Positions 1-12,818 are shown, counted from the first letter of the stretch. The stretch is 64,000 bases of DNA from Smithella sp. PtaU1.Bin162 (GCA_002068015.1 MVRV01000029.1:114426-178425); one strand, 5' to 3'. A program made the numbers and translations. Notes: generated from the sequence alone by a model not told the origin.

Positions 1-65
1 ATAGCTCCGCTTTGAGGAATCAGCAGGCGATTATGGTCTATTCTTTCGAGCTTGATATCAGACAT
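1..65 (-). CDS. rtcB: RNA ligase RtcB, N-terminal fragment (runs off window edge)
   Basis: The ATG at 65-63 overlaps the archease stop (ATGTCTGA). The 21 codons to the edge read MSDIKLERIDHNRLLIPQSGA, which resembles RtcB N-termini. Archease-RtcB pairing is established. The fragment is too short for certainty. Confidence 0.45.
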   Translation of the reverse strand, partial: MSDIKLERIDHNRLLIPQSGA

Positions 66-480
66 CGAAAATCACCCTTGCCTTCCAGCCGGTCTTTATC
101 TTTTCCACATTTAAACCATGGTAAGTGACTGCTTTAAGCTCCGTTTTGATCACATGCTCTCTGTCATTGAACGGCTCAACAACCAACTGCACAACCAGTC
201 TTCTGGTCCTGCATTCGGCTACCGTACAATTCTTCATCACCAGACCTAAACCATTGAATAGATAAAGGAGCTCCCGCAAAAAATTAATCAGCAAATCCGC
301 CACATCCGCCCCTTCCACGGTTATTGTCTTGCGCCGTCCGGAGTTTGTGCATTGCTCACCGCGGGTTAATAAAACATTTTCCAGAGCCCAGGCGGCATTA
401 GAAAATAACTCGTGTTTCGTCCGCCCGAAAATTTCCATTCCAATATCAGCGGTATGGTCAAACAGTCTGTATTTTTCCAT
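58..480 (-). CDS. archease (RtcB activator/chaperone family)
   Basis: 140-aa ORF with an N-terminal FDHTADIG motif and the overall length typical of archease. It overlaps the putative rtcB start. Confidence 0.85.
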   Translation of the reverse strand: MEKYRLFDHTADIGMEIFGRTKHELFSNAAWALENVLLTRGEQCTNSGRRKTITVEGADVADLLINFLRELLYLFNGLGLVMKNCTVAECRTRRLVVQLVVEPFNDREHVIKTELKAVTYHGLNVEKIKTGWKARVIFDV

Positions 481-486
481 GGGGAA

Positions 487-515
487 AGTATAGCCGAATG
501 TTACAGGTTCAACAA
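487..515 (-). promoter_or_regulatory. candidate sigma-70 promoter giving a leaderless archease mRNA
   Basis: The minus strand reads TTGTTG (515-510), a 17-nt spacer, then TATACT (492-487). The archease ATG (480) lies 7 nt after the -10 element, and no Shine-Dalgarno sequence precedes it. Confidence 0.3.
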
Positions 516-555
516 GTAGGGAATCGGAAGATTTTATTTATCCTGGGCCTGGGTG

Positions 556-594
556 TAACAAAAACGGTGGGGCTGATTGATCAGCCCCACCGTT
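556..594 (-). terminator. rho-independent terminator of gyrA
   Basis: Perfect 14-bp stem AACGGTGGGGCTGA/TCAGCCCCACCGTT (563-594) with a 4-nt loop. On the minus strand it is followed by a T-rich run, about 20 nt after the gyrA stop. Confidence 0.7.
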
Positions 595-613
595 ATAACA
601 GAATTATAATTTT

Positions 614-3124
614 TTATTCTTCGGTTTCTTCCGGTGCCGGTTCAGAATCGGCTTCATCCATGCCGTTGCCGTTTGTACCTTCGTCTTTATCTTCGCCTTC
701 GGAGGTCGTGCGGGCGACGCCGACCAATTTTTCTTCCGGATCAAGTTCAATCAACTTGACGCCTTGAGTAACACGATGATTGACCGGCACTTCCTGGACC
801 TTAAGCCTGATGACTTTTCCGGCATTGCTGATCAGCATAATATTTTCTTCTCCGGTAACCTGGAGCACTCCGGAGACATTGCCCACTTTGGGAACCGTCT
901 TTAAATTCATCGTCCCTTTCCCGCCGCGGGTTTGTACGCGGTATTCTTCGATAGGTGTGCACTTGCCGAAGCCGTTTTCGGAAACGGTCAGCATAAACGT
1001 TCCGCTCGCGGGAATTTCCACGCCGATGACATCATCGCCTTCATCCAGATTGATGCCCCTCACACCGCGGGCTGTCCGGCCCATGTCACGGACGTCGTCT
1101 TCTTTGAAACGGATTGCCATGCCAAGTCTTGTGGCCAGGAATATATCCTGATTCCCCATCGTCAGATGAACATCAACCAGTTCATCGCCTTCATCAATCG
1201 ATAAGGCAATTATCCCGCCGGACCGTGGATTGGAATAAGCGGCAAGATCCGTTTTCTTGATTACGCCTTTTTTCGTCACCATCACCACAAACTTATCGGC
1301 GGCAAATTCACGCACCGGCAAGGTCGCGCTCACCCGCTCGCCCGGAGCCAAATTCAGCAGATTGACGATCGCCTTGCCTTTAGCGGCGCGGCCCGCCTGC
1401 GGCAGCTGATAAACCTTGAGCCAGTGAACCTTTCCCGTATTGGTAAAGACAAGCAGGTAATTATGTGTCGAGGCAATGAAGATTTTTTCCACAAAATCTT
1501 CTTCCTTTGTACCCATACCCATTTTGCCGCGTCCACCTCGATGTTGGCTTTTATAAAGACTTACGGCGTTTCTTTTAATGTAGCCGCCATGGGAAATAGT
1601 AACCATCATATCTTCTTCGACAATCATGTCTTCAATATCAATATCTTCACTGCTGGCGACAATTTCCGTCCGGCGCTCATCGCCGTAACGTTCTTTTATT
1701 TCCAGAAGTTCCTCCTTGATTACCTGCAGCACTTTTTGCGGATCCGCCAGAATACCGGCCAGCTTAGCAATAAGCTTGGTTACCTCAGCGTACTCTTCAT
1801 CAATCTTTGCCCGTTCCAGACCGGTCAGGCGTTGCAGTCGCATTTCCAGAATGGCCTTGGCCTGAATTTCCGATAATTTAAACTTTGCACACAAGGCTAC
1901 CGACGCATCGACAGCGTTTTTCGATGCCTTGATCACTTTAATAATTTCATCAATATTATTTAAGGCGATAATGTAGCCTTCCAAAATGTGCGCCCGTTCC
2001 TTGGCACGGGCCAGATCAAATTGCGTGCGTCGGACTACTACATCCTGCCGGAAGGCAACGAATTTCTCGAGAACCTCCTTGAGATTAAAAACCTGCGGAC
2101 GTCCTTCGGAAATTGCCAGCATGTTAATACCGAAGGAAACTTCCATTTGCGTAAATTTATAAAGCTGATTAAGAATGACCGCGGAATTCTCATCACGCTT
2201 GAGATCGATGACTACGCGGATACCTTCACGGTCCGACTCGTCACGAAGATCCGCAATACCACCGATTTTTTTATCGCGCACCAGTTCAGCTATTTTTTCG
2301 ATCAGCGATGCCTTGTTGACCTGATAAGGCAACTCGGTGACAACAATTGTTTCCCGGTCGTTGCGGGCATTCTTTTCAATCAGCGCCCGCGCCCGCACAC
2401 GGACAATGCCGCGACCTGTTTTATAAGCAGCTAAAATGCCTTCGCGGCCATTAATAAAACCGGCCGTTGGAAAATCCGGTCCGGGAATATGACGCATCAG
2501 TTGCTCGATGGTAATTTCCGGATTTTGAATGAGGGCAATGGTACCGTCAATGATTTCGGTAAGATTGTGGGGTGGAATATTGGTTGCCATACCGACGGCA
2601 ATACCTGATGTTCCGTTCAACAGTAATAGTGGCAGGCGCGTTGCGAGAATTGACGGCTCCGTCAAAGATTCATCATAATTAGGCACATAATCGACCGTAT
2701 TTTTCTCCAGGTCAGCCATTACCTCGTCGGCAATACGCGATAAGCGGCTTTCCGTATAACGCATGGCTGCAGGAGGATCACCATCAATCGAACCGAAATT
2801 ACCCTGTCCATCAATCAGCATGTAACGCAAAGAAAAATCCTGTGCCATGCGCACCATAGTGTCATAAATTGCTGCGTCGCCGTGCGGATGATATTTCCCC
2901 ATAATATCACCTACTACGCGGGCACATTTCTTATATGGTTTATTGTGACGGTAACCCATTTCATACATAGAATATAAAATGCGTCGATGGACCGGTTTGA
3001 GTCCGTCACGTACATCGGGCAGCGCCCGGCCGATGATAACACTCATGGAGTAATCCATGTATGATTTCTTCATTTCATCTTCTATATTCACCAGCGTTTG
3101 CTTATGGTGGATATCTCGTTCCAT
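614..3124 (-). CDS. gyrA: DNA gyrase subunit A
   Basis: Full-length GyrA homology, including the [21 protein letters not shown] region and the catalytic Tyr region AAMRYTE. I prefer the ATG at 3124, which is preceded by GAGAGGAAGG, over the GTG at 3175 used in the ORF track. The C-terminal tail is acidic (EGEDKDEG...EETEE). Confidence 0.97.
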   Translation of the reverse strand: MERDIHHKQTLVNIEDEMKKSYMDYSMSVIIGRALPDVRDGLKPVHRRILYSMYEMGYRHNKPYKKCARVVGDIMGKYHPHGDAAIYDTMVRMAQDFSLRYMLIDGQGNFGSIDGDPPAAMRYTESRLSRIADEVMADLEKNTVDYVPNYDESLTEPSILATRLPLLLLNGTSGIAVGMATNIPPHNLTEIIDGTIALIQNPEITIEQLMRHIPGPDFPTAGFINGREGILAAYKTGRGIVRVRARALIEKNARNDRETIVVTELPYQVNKASLIEKIAELVRDKKIGGIADLRDESDREGIRVVIDLKRDENSAVILNQLYKFTQMEVSFGINMLAISEGRPQVFNLKEVLEKFVAFRQDVVVRRTQFDLARAKERAHILEGYIIALNNIDEIIKVIKASKNAVDASVALCAKFKLSEIQAKAILEMRLQRLTGLERAKIDEEYAEVTKLIAKLAGILADPQKVLQVIKEELLEIKERYGDERRTEIVASSEDIDIEDMIVEEDMMVTISHGGYIKRNAVSLYKSQHRGGRGKMGMGTKEEDFVEKIFIASTHNYLLVFTNTGKVHWLKVYQLPQAGRAAKGKAIVNLLNLAPGERVSATLPVREFAADKFVVMVTKKGVIKKTDLAAYSNPRSGGIIALSIDEGDELVDVHLTMGNQDIFLATRLGMAIRFKEDDVRDMGRTARGVRGINLDEGDDVIGVEIPASGTFMLTVSENGFGKCTPIEEYRVQTRGGKGTMNLKTVPKVGNVSGVLQVTGEENIMLISNAGKVIRLKVQEVPVNHRVTQGVKLIELDPEEKLVGVARTTSEGEDKDEGTNGNGMDEADSEPAPEETEE

Positions 3125-3200
3125 TTTGTTCCTTCCTCTCTTCGGATTAACCAAGCCGGCAGTTTTTTCCGGCACAATCGTTATGTTTTCTCGGGCGTAG

Positions 3201-5621
<2,421 letters not shown>

Positions 5622-5644
5622 TTATTGTAATTGAACTTTCATAA

Positions 5645-6754
5645 CTAAATTTTAAGCGGCATGATAATGCACAAAAAATTATCATTATCCGCAGGCTTAA
5701 TTACAGATGGTTTTAATCCCTGACCAACCTCAAATAAAATACTGTCTCCATTTATTACAGATATTGCATCTATAAGATAATTGACATTAAATCCGACATC
5801 TAAATCATCGCCGCTGTATTTAATATCTATTTCCTCCATTGCTTCTCCGACATCAAGGTTTGTTGAATTCAGTGTCATCTTTCCTGTGGAAAAAGATAGA
5901 ATTACTCCACTGTAACGCTCTGAAGACACCACATTCATCCTTTTTAAAGCATGAAGGAAAGGCTCCTTCTCCAACACCACACCAATTCCTTTTTCCGCCG
6001 GAATTACTCTTTTATAGTCAGGGTAATCCGCATCCACCAAACTTACCTTTAAGACCGTATTTTCCGTTCTTAAGATCAACATATTCTTATGCATGCCGAT
6101 TCCCACATTTTCATTTTCATCAATTATTTTTTTTATTTCCATTAAACCCTTACGGGGAACAATAACACCTTTTGTTATTTCTTGAAAAATCTCCGATGCT
6201 TCACCTTTAGCCAAAGCCAACCTATGACCATCAGTAGCTACCATTCTAAAAAAACAATTATTTCCATCCGATCCATCCTCCAATAAAACTCCATTCAAAT
6301 TTTTTCTCATTTCATCTGTAGCCATAGCAAATGACGTCTTAGTAATTAAATCTTTAATCACACTACCGGAAATATTATAAAATTTAACATCACTATCATC
6401 ACTGATACTGGGAAAATCATCTGCCGGCAAACCGGGAATCTTATAAACAGCCCTCTGGCATGATATCTTTACAATATTATTAATCTTTGTAAAATTAATT
6501 ACTTCCCCTTGAATTTCTCTGACCATTTCATAGAGTTTTTTTGCCGAAAGAGTTATTTCTCCCTTTTCCGCCACCTCTGCATCATAATAGGAAATCAAAC
6601 TAATCTCCCTGTCCGTCGCGACAATTTTCAATTTACCTACTTCTCCGGTGAGAAGTATATTATTCAAAATAGGCATGGTTGTTTTTTTCTCAACAATTCC
6701 CAATGTTTTTTGAATACCATCCAGAAAGGTGTTTCTATTTATTTTAATCTCCAT
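5645..6754 (-). CDS. dnaN: DNA polymerase III beta sliding clamp
   Basis: 369 aa with a three-domain clamp-like sequence. It occupies the conserved position between dnaA and gyrB, and RBS GGGGGAAGG lies upstream. Confidence 0.95.
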   Translation of the reverse strand: MEIKINRNTFLDGIQKTLGIVEKKTTMPILNNILLTGEVGKLKIVATDREISLISYYDAEVAEKGEITLSAKKLYEMVREIQGEVINFTKINNIVKISCQRAVYKIPGLPADDFPSISDDSDVKFYNISGSVIKDLITKTSFAMATDEMRKNLNGVLLEDGSDGNNCFFRMVATDGHRLALAKGEASEIFQEITKGVIVPRKGLMEIKKIIDENENVGIGMHKNMLILRTENTVLKVSLVDADYPDYKRVIPAEKGIGVVLEKEPFLHALKRMNVVSSERYSGVILSFSTGKMTLNSTNLDVGEAMEEIDIKYSGDDLDVGFNVNYLIDAISVINGDSILFEVGQGLKPSVIKPADNDNFLCIIMPLKI

Positions 6755-6912
6755 ACCTTCCCCCTGTGTTTTATTATTTATTATTTTTTCTTTATATATA
6801 TAAAACTAGTATTAGTAATATATGCCTGTTTATATGTTGATTAAATATATTTTTGTAATAATTTCAGTATTATATTTTATATATAACTGTGGAGAACGAA
6901 TATATTAAAACT
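6755..6912. other. candidate oriC / DNA-unwinding region in the dnaA-dnaN spacer
   Basis: 158-bp spacer that is overwhelmingly A/T. It has a DnaA-box-like TGTGGAGAA (6888-6896, reverse complement TTCTCCACA, 1 mismatch to TTATCCACA) and TGTTGATTA (6835-6843). A run of NAN triplets TAG-TAT-TAG-TAA-TAT (6807-6821) sits next to a short GCC cluster. Confidence 0.5.
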
Positions 6913-8262
6913 TTAATTATTGTTGGTTAAATTGTTCTCAATTTCCTGAATTAAAAGTTTTAACTTATTATCCGACTCTATTCCTTTTAATATTTTATTA
7001 TTAGCATAAATAACTGTTGAATGATCACGATTTCCTATTTTTTGACCGATGTCAGGAAATGATTGATTGGTTATTTTTCTGGCCAAATACATAGTTATTT
7101 GTCTGGCTAATACCATATTTTTATTCTTATTATGTGATTTTATATCAGATATTTTTATATTTAATTTTCCTGCAACCAGTTTTATAATTTCATCAATACT
7201 TACTTCTCTCTTTTCATTATGTTTTAGTAATTTTCTTAAAACTTCTTTAACAAGATCAAGATTAATTTCTCTTCCTGTAAGAGAAGAATAGGCACATATT
7301 CTTACTAAAAATCCTTCCAGTTCACGGATATTTGATTCTACTTGGGAAGCAATATAATGAGCAACATTACCTGGTAGAGATATTTTATTTTCCTGCATTT
7401 TTTTTTCGATGATGGCTATTTTAGTTTCAATCTCCGGCGGTTGAATATCGGCAATTAATCCCCATTCAAACCTTGATCGTAATCTTCCCTCTAAATTAGG
7501 AATATCTTTTGGAAATTTATCACTGGTAACAACTATTTGCTTTCCTGAATCGTGTAAAGTGTTAAAAGTATGAAAAAATTCTTCCTGTGTACGTTCTTTA
7601 CCCGCCAGAAAATGAATATCATCAATTAATAAACAGCCGATATTTCGGTACCTTTCTCTAAACTTAGGCATCCGGTCGTAACGAATGGAATTGATCATTT
7701 CGTTCATAAATTCCTCAGCTGATAAGTATAATACATGCAAATCCGGATGAGTTGATACCGTCAATAACCCAATGGCATTCAGTAAGTGGGTTTTACCAAG
7801 TCCTGATCCACCGTAGATAAAAAGAGGGTTATAATTTTTTGCCGGTTGCTTGGAGACGGCGATGGAGGCGGCATGGGCAAATTGATTACAAGGACCAACG
7901 ACGAACCTTTCAAAAGTGTAATTACCGTTCAATGGAGATAAATATTTGGTTTTATTATCTATTACAGTTGAACTTTTTGTATGTTCGGATATTTTTTCAG
8001 TAGCTTGGGGCTTTTTTTCCTTCTCTTTGGAAAGTACGAATTCAACGTCAATTTCCAGCCCGACAATATGTTCCAGAGAATGCTTGATTGTAGAGAAATA
8101 ATTATCTAAAAGCCAGTCTTTAAAAAACTTATTGGGAACGGCAAGTTGAACACACCGGTCTTCCAGAGAAACAATCTTAATCGGTTTTATCCAGGTATCA
8201 AAATTTTGTTTACTTAATTTATCTTGAATAATTTTAGTAGTTTTATCCCAGAGAGCTTCCAC
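6913..8262 (-). CDS. dnaA: chromosomal replication initiator DnaA (GTG start)
   Basis: 449 aa with Walker A GGSGLGKTHL, the sensor region, and C-terminal DNA-binding domain motifs (HSTVIYA). The start codon is GTG at 8262. Confidence 0.97.
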   Translation of the reverse strand: MEALWDKTTKIIQDKLSKQNFDTWIKPIKIVSLEDRCVQLAVPNKFFKDWLLDNYFSTIKHSLEHIVGLEIDVEFVLSKEKEKKPQATEKISEHTKSSTVIDNKTKYLSPLNGNYTFERFVVGPCNQFAHAASIAVSKQPAKNYNPLFIYGGSGLGKTHLLNAIGLLTVSTHPDLHVLYLSAEEFMNEMINSIRYDRMPKFRERYRNIGCLLIDDIHFLAGKERTQEEFFHTFNTLHDSGKQIVVTSDKFPKDIPNLEGRLRSRFEWGLIADIQPPEIETKIAIIEKKMQENKISLPGNVAHYIASQVESNIRELEGFLVRICAYSSLTGREINLDLVKEVLRKLLKHNEKREVSIDEIIKLVAGKLNIKISDIKSHNKNKNMVLARQITMYLARKITNQSFPDIGQKIGNRDHSTVIYANNKILKGIESDNKLKLLIQEIENNLTNNN

Positions 8263-8285
8263 AAATCAACCTTTTATAAACAAAG

Positions 8286-8305
8286 TTATCAACATCTGTT
8301 GATAG
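8286..8305. promoter_or_regulatory. inverted pair of DnaA-box-like sites upstream of dnaA
   Basis: TTATCAACA (8286-8294) and TGTTGATAG (8297-8305) form the palindrome TATCAACA-TC-TGTTGATA, 24-43 nt upstream of the dnaA GTG. Each half has 1-2 mismatches to TTATCCACA. Confidence 0.45.
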
Positions 8306-8324
8306 AGTATTAAGGGAAATAATA

Positions 8325-9176
8325 TTATTTTAAATCGTCCAGAATGAGACCAGCCAGACGATTTAATTCATCCAAAGACGTAAAGCGAACCTCGATGGCT
8401 CCTTTTTTAGAGCTGCCTTTTATTTGAACTCTGGCCATGAATTTACGAGCCAGAGCCTTTTCCAGATCCGCCAGATAACGGTCTTTAAGAATAGCCTTTT
8501 TACCTGGTTGTTTTTTAAGTTTCTGTATTAACAACTCTGTTTCCCGGACATTCAATCCTTTTTTAAAAATCATCTCCAGCGTTTTGTTTTGTTCATCCAG
8601 GGAGGAAAGTGACAGCAGGCAGCGGGCGTGGCCGGAAGTGATTTTTTTTTCCACTAAAGAAGTTTTTGCCCGGGCCGGCAATTTTAAAAGCCGGATTGTA
8701 TTGGCTATTGTAGAGCGATCGCGGCCAACACGCGCAGAAATTTCTTCCTGAGACAGGCCGAATTTTTCGCTCAGTGTCAAATAGGCATTCGCTTCTTCCA
8801 GCGGATTTAATTCTTCCCGCTGAATGTTTTCGATGAGCGACATTTCCGCCGCTTCCATGTCTGTCGCTTCGCGAATAACAATGGGTACATCTTTTAAACC
8901 TGCGGCCTGAGCAGCACGCCAGCGGCGTTCACCCGCGATAATTTCATAACCATTGCCCTGCTTGCGCACAATTATCGGTTGAATAATGCCGTTTTTTTTA
9001 ATCGATGCAATAAGTTGTTTCTGGTCTTGATCGTTAAAGTTTTTCCGCGGCTGATAACGATTGGGCTGCAACTCTTCGATACCACACTTTACAAGAGGTG
9101 GTTGTCTGTCCGAGCCGGTAAGCAGATCGGGAAACATGGCACCCAGTCCTTTACCTAGTGCATTTTTTTGTGCCAT
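8325..9176 (-). CDS. parB: chromosome partitioning protein ParB/Spo0J
   Basis: 283 aa with the ParB box GERRWRAA and an HTH region. It directly abuts parA. Confidence 0.93.
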   Translation of the reverse strand: MAQKNALGKGLGAMFPDLLTGSDRQPPLVKCGIEELQPNRYQPRKNFNDQDQKQLIASIKKNGIIQPIIVRKQGNGYEIIAGERRWRAAQAAGLKDVPIVIREATDMEAAEMSLIENIQREELNPLEEANAYLTLSEKFGLSQEEISARVGRDRSTIANTIRLLKLPARAKTSLVEKKITSGHARCLLSLSSLDEQNKTLEMIFKKGLNVRETELLIQKLKKQPGKKAILKDRYLADLEKALARKFMARVQIKGSSKKGAIEVRFTSLDELNRLAGLILDDLK

Positions 9177-9944
9177 TTACAATCCTCGTTGAAGTATTTC
9201 CTGCGCCAGTTCCATATATGTGATGGCTCCGCGCGATTTAATGTCATAAAGTATTATGGGTAATCCATGACTGGGGCTTTCCGAAAGCCGGACATTGCGT
9301 GGTATTACCGTTTGGAATACCTTATTGCCGAAATGTTTACGCACATCTTCGCTGACCCGGTGAGAAAGCAAATTACGCGCATCAAACATGGTCAGCAATA
9401 TACCTCCTAAAGATAAGCGTGGATTTAATTGGGCTTGCACCAATTTTACGGTGTTCAACAAATAACCTAATCCCTCCATTGCAAAGTACTCGCACTGCAG
9501 GGGAACTATCAGATAGTCGGAAGCGACCAGGGCATTGATTGTCATCACTCCCAATGACGGTGGACAGTCAATTACTATAAATTCATAGCTCCTGTCCATT
9601 GATTTTAATAAATGCCGCAGCCGTACTTCCCGTTCTTCGACATTGACAAATTCAACTTCCAGGCCGATCAAATCCTGATTCGCCGGAATTACATCAAGGT
9701 GTGGTATCTCCGTAGAAAAAATAACTTTTTCCAGCGGTTCTTGACCGATCATGGCGGAATATAAATTTTTGGTCCGGGATGCGCTGCGATCTATTCCCAT
9801 GCCGCTTGACGTATTACCCTGGGAATCACCGTCAATAAGCAGCGTTTTTTTTTCGGCGGCAGCCAGAGAAGCAGATAAATTAATCGCGGTGGTCGTTTTA
9901 CCGACCCCACCTTTTTGATTCGCTATACATATAATATTATTCAT
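9177..9944 (-). CDS. parA: chromosome partitioning ATPase ParA/Soj
   Basis: Deviant Walker A motif KGGVGKTT. I prefer the ATG at 9944 (MNNIICIANQKGGVGKTT) over the TTG at 9983 in the ORF track. Confidence 0.93.
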   Translation of the reverse strand: MNNIICIANQKGGVGKTTTAINLSASLAAAEKKTLLIDGDSQGNTSSGMGIDRSASRTKNLYSAMIGQEPLEKVIFSTEIPHLDVIPANQDLIGLEVEFVNVEEREVRLRHLLKSMDRSYEFIVIDCPPSLGVMTINALVASDYLIVPLQCEYFAMEGLGYLLNTVKLVQAQLNPRLSLGGILLTMFDARNLLSHRVSEDVRKHFGNKVFQTVIPRNVRLSESPSHGLPIILYDIKSRGAITYMELAQEILQRGL

Positions 9945-10034
9945 TATTTTATAAGGAGCGGCCCGGAAAGATCCCCAAGCCAAACTGCCGTTACACCTAG
10001 CATAAAAAAGTTATTTTTAGAAGGTTTTTTTACC

Positions 10035-10697
10035 TTATTTTGTCTTTTTTCCGACAATAATTTTTCGCGGGGAGCCGGAGCTGCTTTGAATTGTATTATA
10101 TTGAAATAATTGATAATAATTATAAGGAAAGGCCGTGGCATTTTGCGGTGAAAATTCACATTTAATATCACTGCCTTTGAGCGCAATTAGAGTGCCTCCC
10201 GGGACGAGAAAATATGTCCCGTAAGACAGCATCTCCGGCAGCTTGAAAGCTGCCCGGGAAATCATAATATCGAAAAAAAATTGCCAATTTTCGGCTTGCT
10301 GCAAAATTTCTACACGGTTTGCTAAAACGAAAGCGTCCGTCAGATTCAGCAAGCGGAGAATGTGTTTCAGGAAAGAAACTTTTTTGCGGTTTATTTCCAC
10401 AAGATAAAGCTTAAGGGAAGGCAGGGCGATTTTTAAGGGAATACCGGGAAAACCAGCGCCGCACCCTATATCTATAAGACGGGCGTCTTTTTTTTCAATG
10501 AAGTGCAAAGCCGTCAGAGAATCCTGAAAATGTCTGCCCACGATTTCCCGGGCCGACTTTGCGGAAATCAAATTTATTTTTGCATTCCACCGTAATAATT
10601 CCTGCTGATAGAGGTCAAATTGCGTGAGTTGTCCGGTACTTAAATTCCAGCCCATTTTTTGTGCCGCTAATGCCAATTCTTGCAGTTGATTTTCCAT
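10035..10697 (-). CDS. rsmG: 16S rRNA (guanine527-N7)-methyltransferase RsmG/GidB
   Basis: 220 aa with the SAM-binding motif DIGCGAGFPGIPL. It sits in the conserved position upstream of parAB. Confidence 0.9.
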   Translation of the reverse strand: MENQLQELALAAQKMGWNLSTGQLTQFDLYQQELLRWNAKINLISAKSAREIVGRHFQDSLTALHFIEKKDARLIDIGCGAGFPGIPLKIALPSLKLYLVEINRKKVSFLKHILRLLNLTDAFVLANRVEILQQAENWQFFFDIMISRAAFKLPEMLSYGTYFLVPGGTLIALKGSDIKCEFSPQNATAFPYNYYQLFQYNTIQSSSGSPRKIIVGKKTK

Positions 10698-10797
10698 AAT
10701 GTATTAATAGCAAAAGGATATGGTGCAGGCAAATAAAAATTATCCGTGCATTTCTTTTCTTCCTGGAATAAAAAGAATTTTTTCGGGAGGCAGGAAA

Positions 10798-11535
10798 ATG
10801 CAGGGAAAATCTGTCACAAAAAACATCAGCATTGTTTTGTATAAACCAAAATATGCCGGAAATGTCGGGGCTGTCGCGCGCGCAGCAAAAAACATGGGCA
10901 TCGGGAATATCGTTGTTGTGGGAGCTGCCGAATTAAATCCTGCCGAGATGAAACAAAGATCAACACATCTGGCCGTCGATGTTCTGGATAAAATAAAATA
11001 TTTTGACGATATCGACACAGCGCTTGCTGATTTTCAATATATTGTGGGGACAACCGCCCGTGTTGGTAAAGCCCGCGGACCTTTTGGTACTCCGCGCAAC
11101 GTTGCGCAGAAAATCGTTCTTCTGGCCCGCAAAAACAAGGTGGCGTTACTTTTCGGGCCCGAAGATACGGGTCTGGCAAACAAAGAATTACATTATTGTC
11201 ATGCTGTCGTTACTATTCCTTCCACCAGAGATTTTAAATCGCTTAACCTTTCTCATGCGGTAATGATTCTCTGTTATGAAATTTTCACAGCGACACTGCC
11301 TCCGAATGATCCAGCACCGCTCAAGTGGGCGCGCTCGGCGGAACTGGAGGGAATGTACGCGCAAATTCAGGAGCTGCTCGCGGAAATCGGTTTTTTGAAT
11401 CCGGAAAATCCTGAGTATTGGATGATGCATCTACGCAGGTTTTTTGCCCGGGGTGGGTTATTGTCCCGGGAAGTAAAGATAATTCGTGGAATCTGCCGCC
11501 AACTGGCATGGGCGGCGCGCCACAAAACAACTTGA
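10798..11535 (+). CDS. SpoU/TrmH-class RNA 2'-O-methyltransferase, TrmJ-like
   Basis: N-terminus IVLYKPKYAGNVGAVARAAKNMG and the later LFGPEDTGL and SLNLSHAV motifs are typical of TrmJ/LasT. The ATG at 10798 follows GGGAGG, so the ORF-track start at 10720 looks over-extended. Confidence 0.8.
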   Translation: MQGKSVTKNISIVLYKPKYAGNVGAVARAAKNMGIGNIVVVGAAELNPAEMKQRSTHLAVDVLDKIKYFDDIDTALADFQYIVGTTARVGKARGPFGTPRNVAQKIVLLARKNKVALLFGPEDTGLANKELHYCHAVVTIPSTRDFKSLNLSHAVMILCYEIFTATLPPNDPAPLKWARSAELEGMYAQIQELLAEIGFLNPENPEYWMMHLRRFFARGGLLSREVKIIRGICRQLAWAARHKTT

Positions 11536-11660
11536 CTTTAGAGGACATCTCTCATAGGAAAAGCCGGTAAGTAAGAAATAAGCTGGCACGAATATTTTGT
11601 CTTCCTGCTGCAAAATAAAACATTAACTATTGCAGACAAGACCAATGGAGGGTTAATTTT

Positions 11661-12818
11661 ATGAGGAAAATATTTTCTTTTACCGGAGCGAAAAAAATTA
11701 TTTTCGGTAGCGGGTCTTTTCACGGTTTAGTAAATCATATTAAGGAACTGAATGCCAAAAATCCGTTGGTGGTTATTGATAAAAATCTGGCCCAGGCCGG
11801 TTTTCAGGAAAAAGTGGCCAATCTGCTTATTCCGGAAGGTATGAAATATACTGTTTATGACAAGGTCGAGCCGGAGCCCCGCATTGAACTTGCCGATGAA
11901 GGTGCCGCCCTTGCCGTTAAAAATAAATGCGACCTAGTTATCGGCATCGGAGGTGGCAGTGCCATGGATGTAGCCAAAGCGATAGCCGTTATTGCCACGA
12001 ATAAAGGAAGTGCGGTCGATTATCTGGGGTTGAATAAAGTTGTCCGGCCCGGTCTGCCGAAAATAATGATTCCCACAACGGCCGGGACCGGCAGCGAAGT
12101 TACTTTCACTGCTGTTTTTGTTCGTAAGAATCTAAAGAAAAAAGAAGGCATGAACAGTCCCTATCTTTATCCGGAGCTTGCGCTGCTGGATCCGGAACTG
12201 ACGCTTTCCCTGCCTCCCCGTCCCACAGCTGAAACAGGCATTGACGCACTGTGTCATGCCATTGAATCATACACATCCGTGAATGCCTCACCTATGAGCG
12301 AACTATTCTCTCTCGATGCAATAGCGATCATTGCCGGAAATCTGCGCACCTGTGTTCATGACGGTAAAAACTTGCAGGCGCGGGAAAATATGCTGCTGGC
12401 GAGTCTGTATGCCGGATTAGGCTTGGCTAATGCGGGAGTCACGGCTGTACATTCGCTTTCCTATCCGCTGGGCGGCAAATACGGCATTGGTCATGGGCTG
12501 GCCAATACCCTGATGCTGCCTTCGGTCATGGCTTTCAATCTGCCTGCCGCCCTCGATAAGTTTGCCGATATTGCCGATGCAATGGGAGAAGCTGTGGATG
12601 ATTTACCGGTACGCGAATCCGCCTATCTGGCGCTGGAAGCCGTGGAGGCCTTAATTGAAGATTGCGGCATCGCCAGTTCTCTGGCCGAGTTCGGTATTAA
12701 GGAAAAGGATTTTCCGGCGCTGGCCGATGTGGCGCTCACGGTGGCGCGGCCGCTGGAAAATAATCCCCGCAAAGTTACCAGAGAAAATGCAATCGAAATA
12801 TATACCGATGCCTATTGA
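11661..12818 (+). CDS. iron-containing (group III) alcohol dehydrogenase
   Basis: 385 aa with GIGGGSAMDVAK, PTTAGTGSE and metal-ligand His motifs (ALCHAIES, HSLSYPLGG...GHG). Confidence 0.85.
   Translation: MRKIFSFTGAKKIIFGSGSFHGLVNHIKELNAKNPLVVIDKNLAQAGFQEKVANLLIPEGMKYTVYDKVEPEPRIELADEGAALAVKNKCDLVIGIGGGSAMDVAKAIAVIATNKGSAVDYLGLNKVVRPGLPKIMIPTTAGTGSEVTFTAVFVRKNLKKKEGMNSPYLYPELALLDPELTLSLPPRPTAETGIDALCHAIESYTSVNASPMSELFSLDAIAIIAGNLRTCVHDGKNLQARENMLLASLYAGLGLANAGVTAVHSLSYPLGGKYGIGHGLANTLMLPSVMAFNLPAALDKFADIADAMGEAVDDLPVRESAYLALEAVEALIEDCGIASSLAEFGIKEKDFPALADVALTVARPLENNPRKVTRENAIEIYTDAY

Noticed and set aside
498-767. 89-aa plus-strand ORF spanning the gyrA terminator and the gyrA 3' end.
   Set aside because: It overlaps the gyrA acidic tail in antisense and crosses a terminator hairpin. 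The translation is low-complexity Ser/Pro/Gly.
8263-10100. Search for parS (TGTTNCACGTGAAACA-like) near parAB.
   Set aside because: Scanning by eye, I found no convincing 16-bp palindrome of that type in or around parA and parB. A pattern search over the whole replicon is needed.
10740-10748. TTATCCGTG in the rsmG/trmJ divergent region, considered as a DnaA box.
   Set aside because: It has two mismatches at the critical 3' end, it is a single copy, and the region is only moderately AT-rich. I kept it only as a caveat in the origin finding.
11584-11589. Perfect TGGCAC upstream of the Fe-ADH gene, considered as a possible sigma-54 promoter.
   Set aside because: The position 10 nt after the GG reads TT, not GC. 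The nearest TTG is shifted by 2 nt, and sigma-54 spacing is strict.
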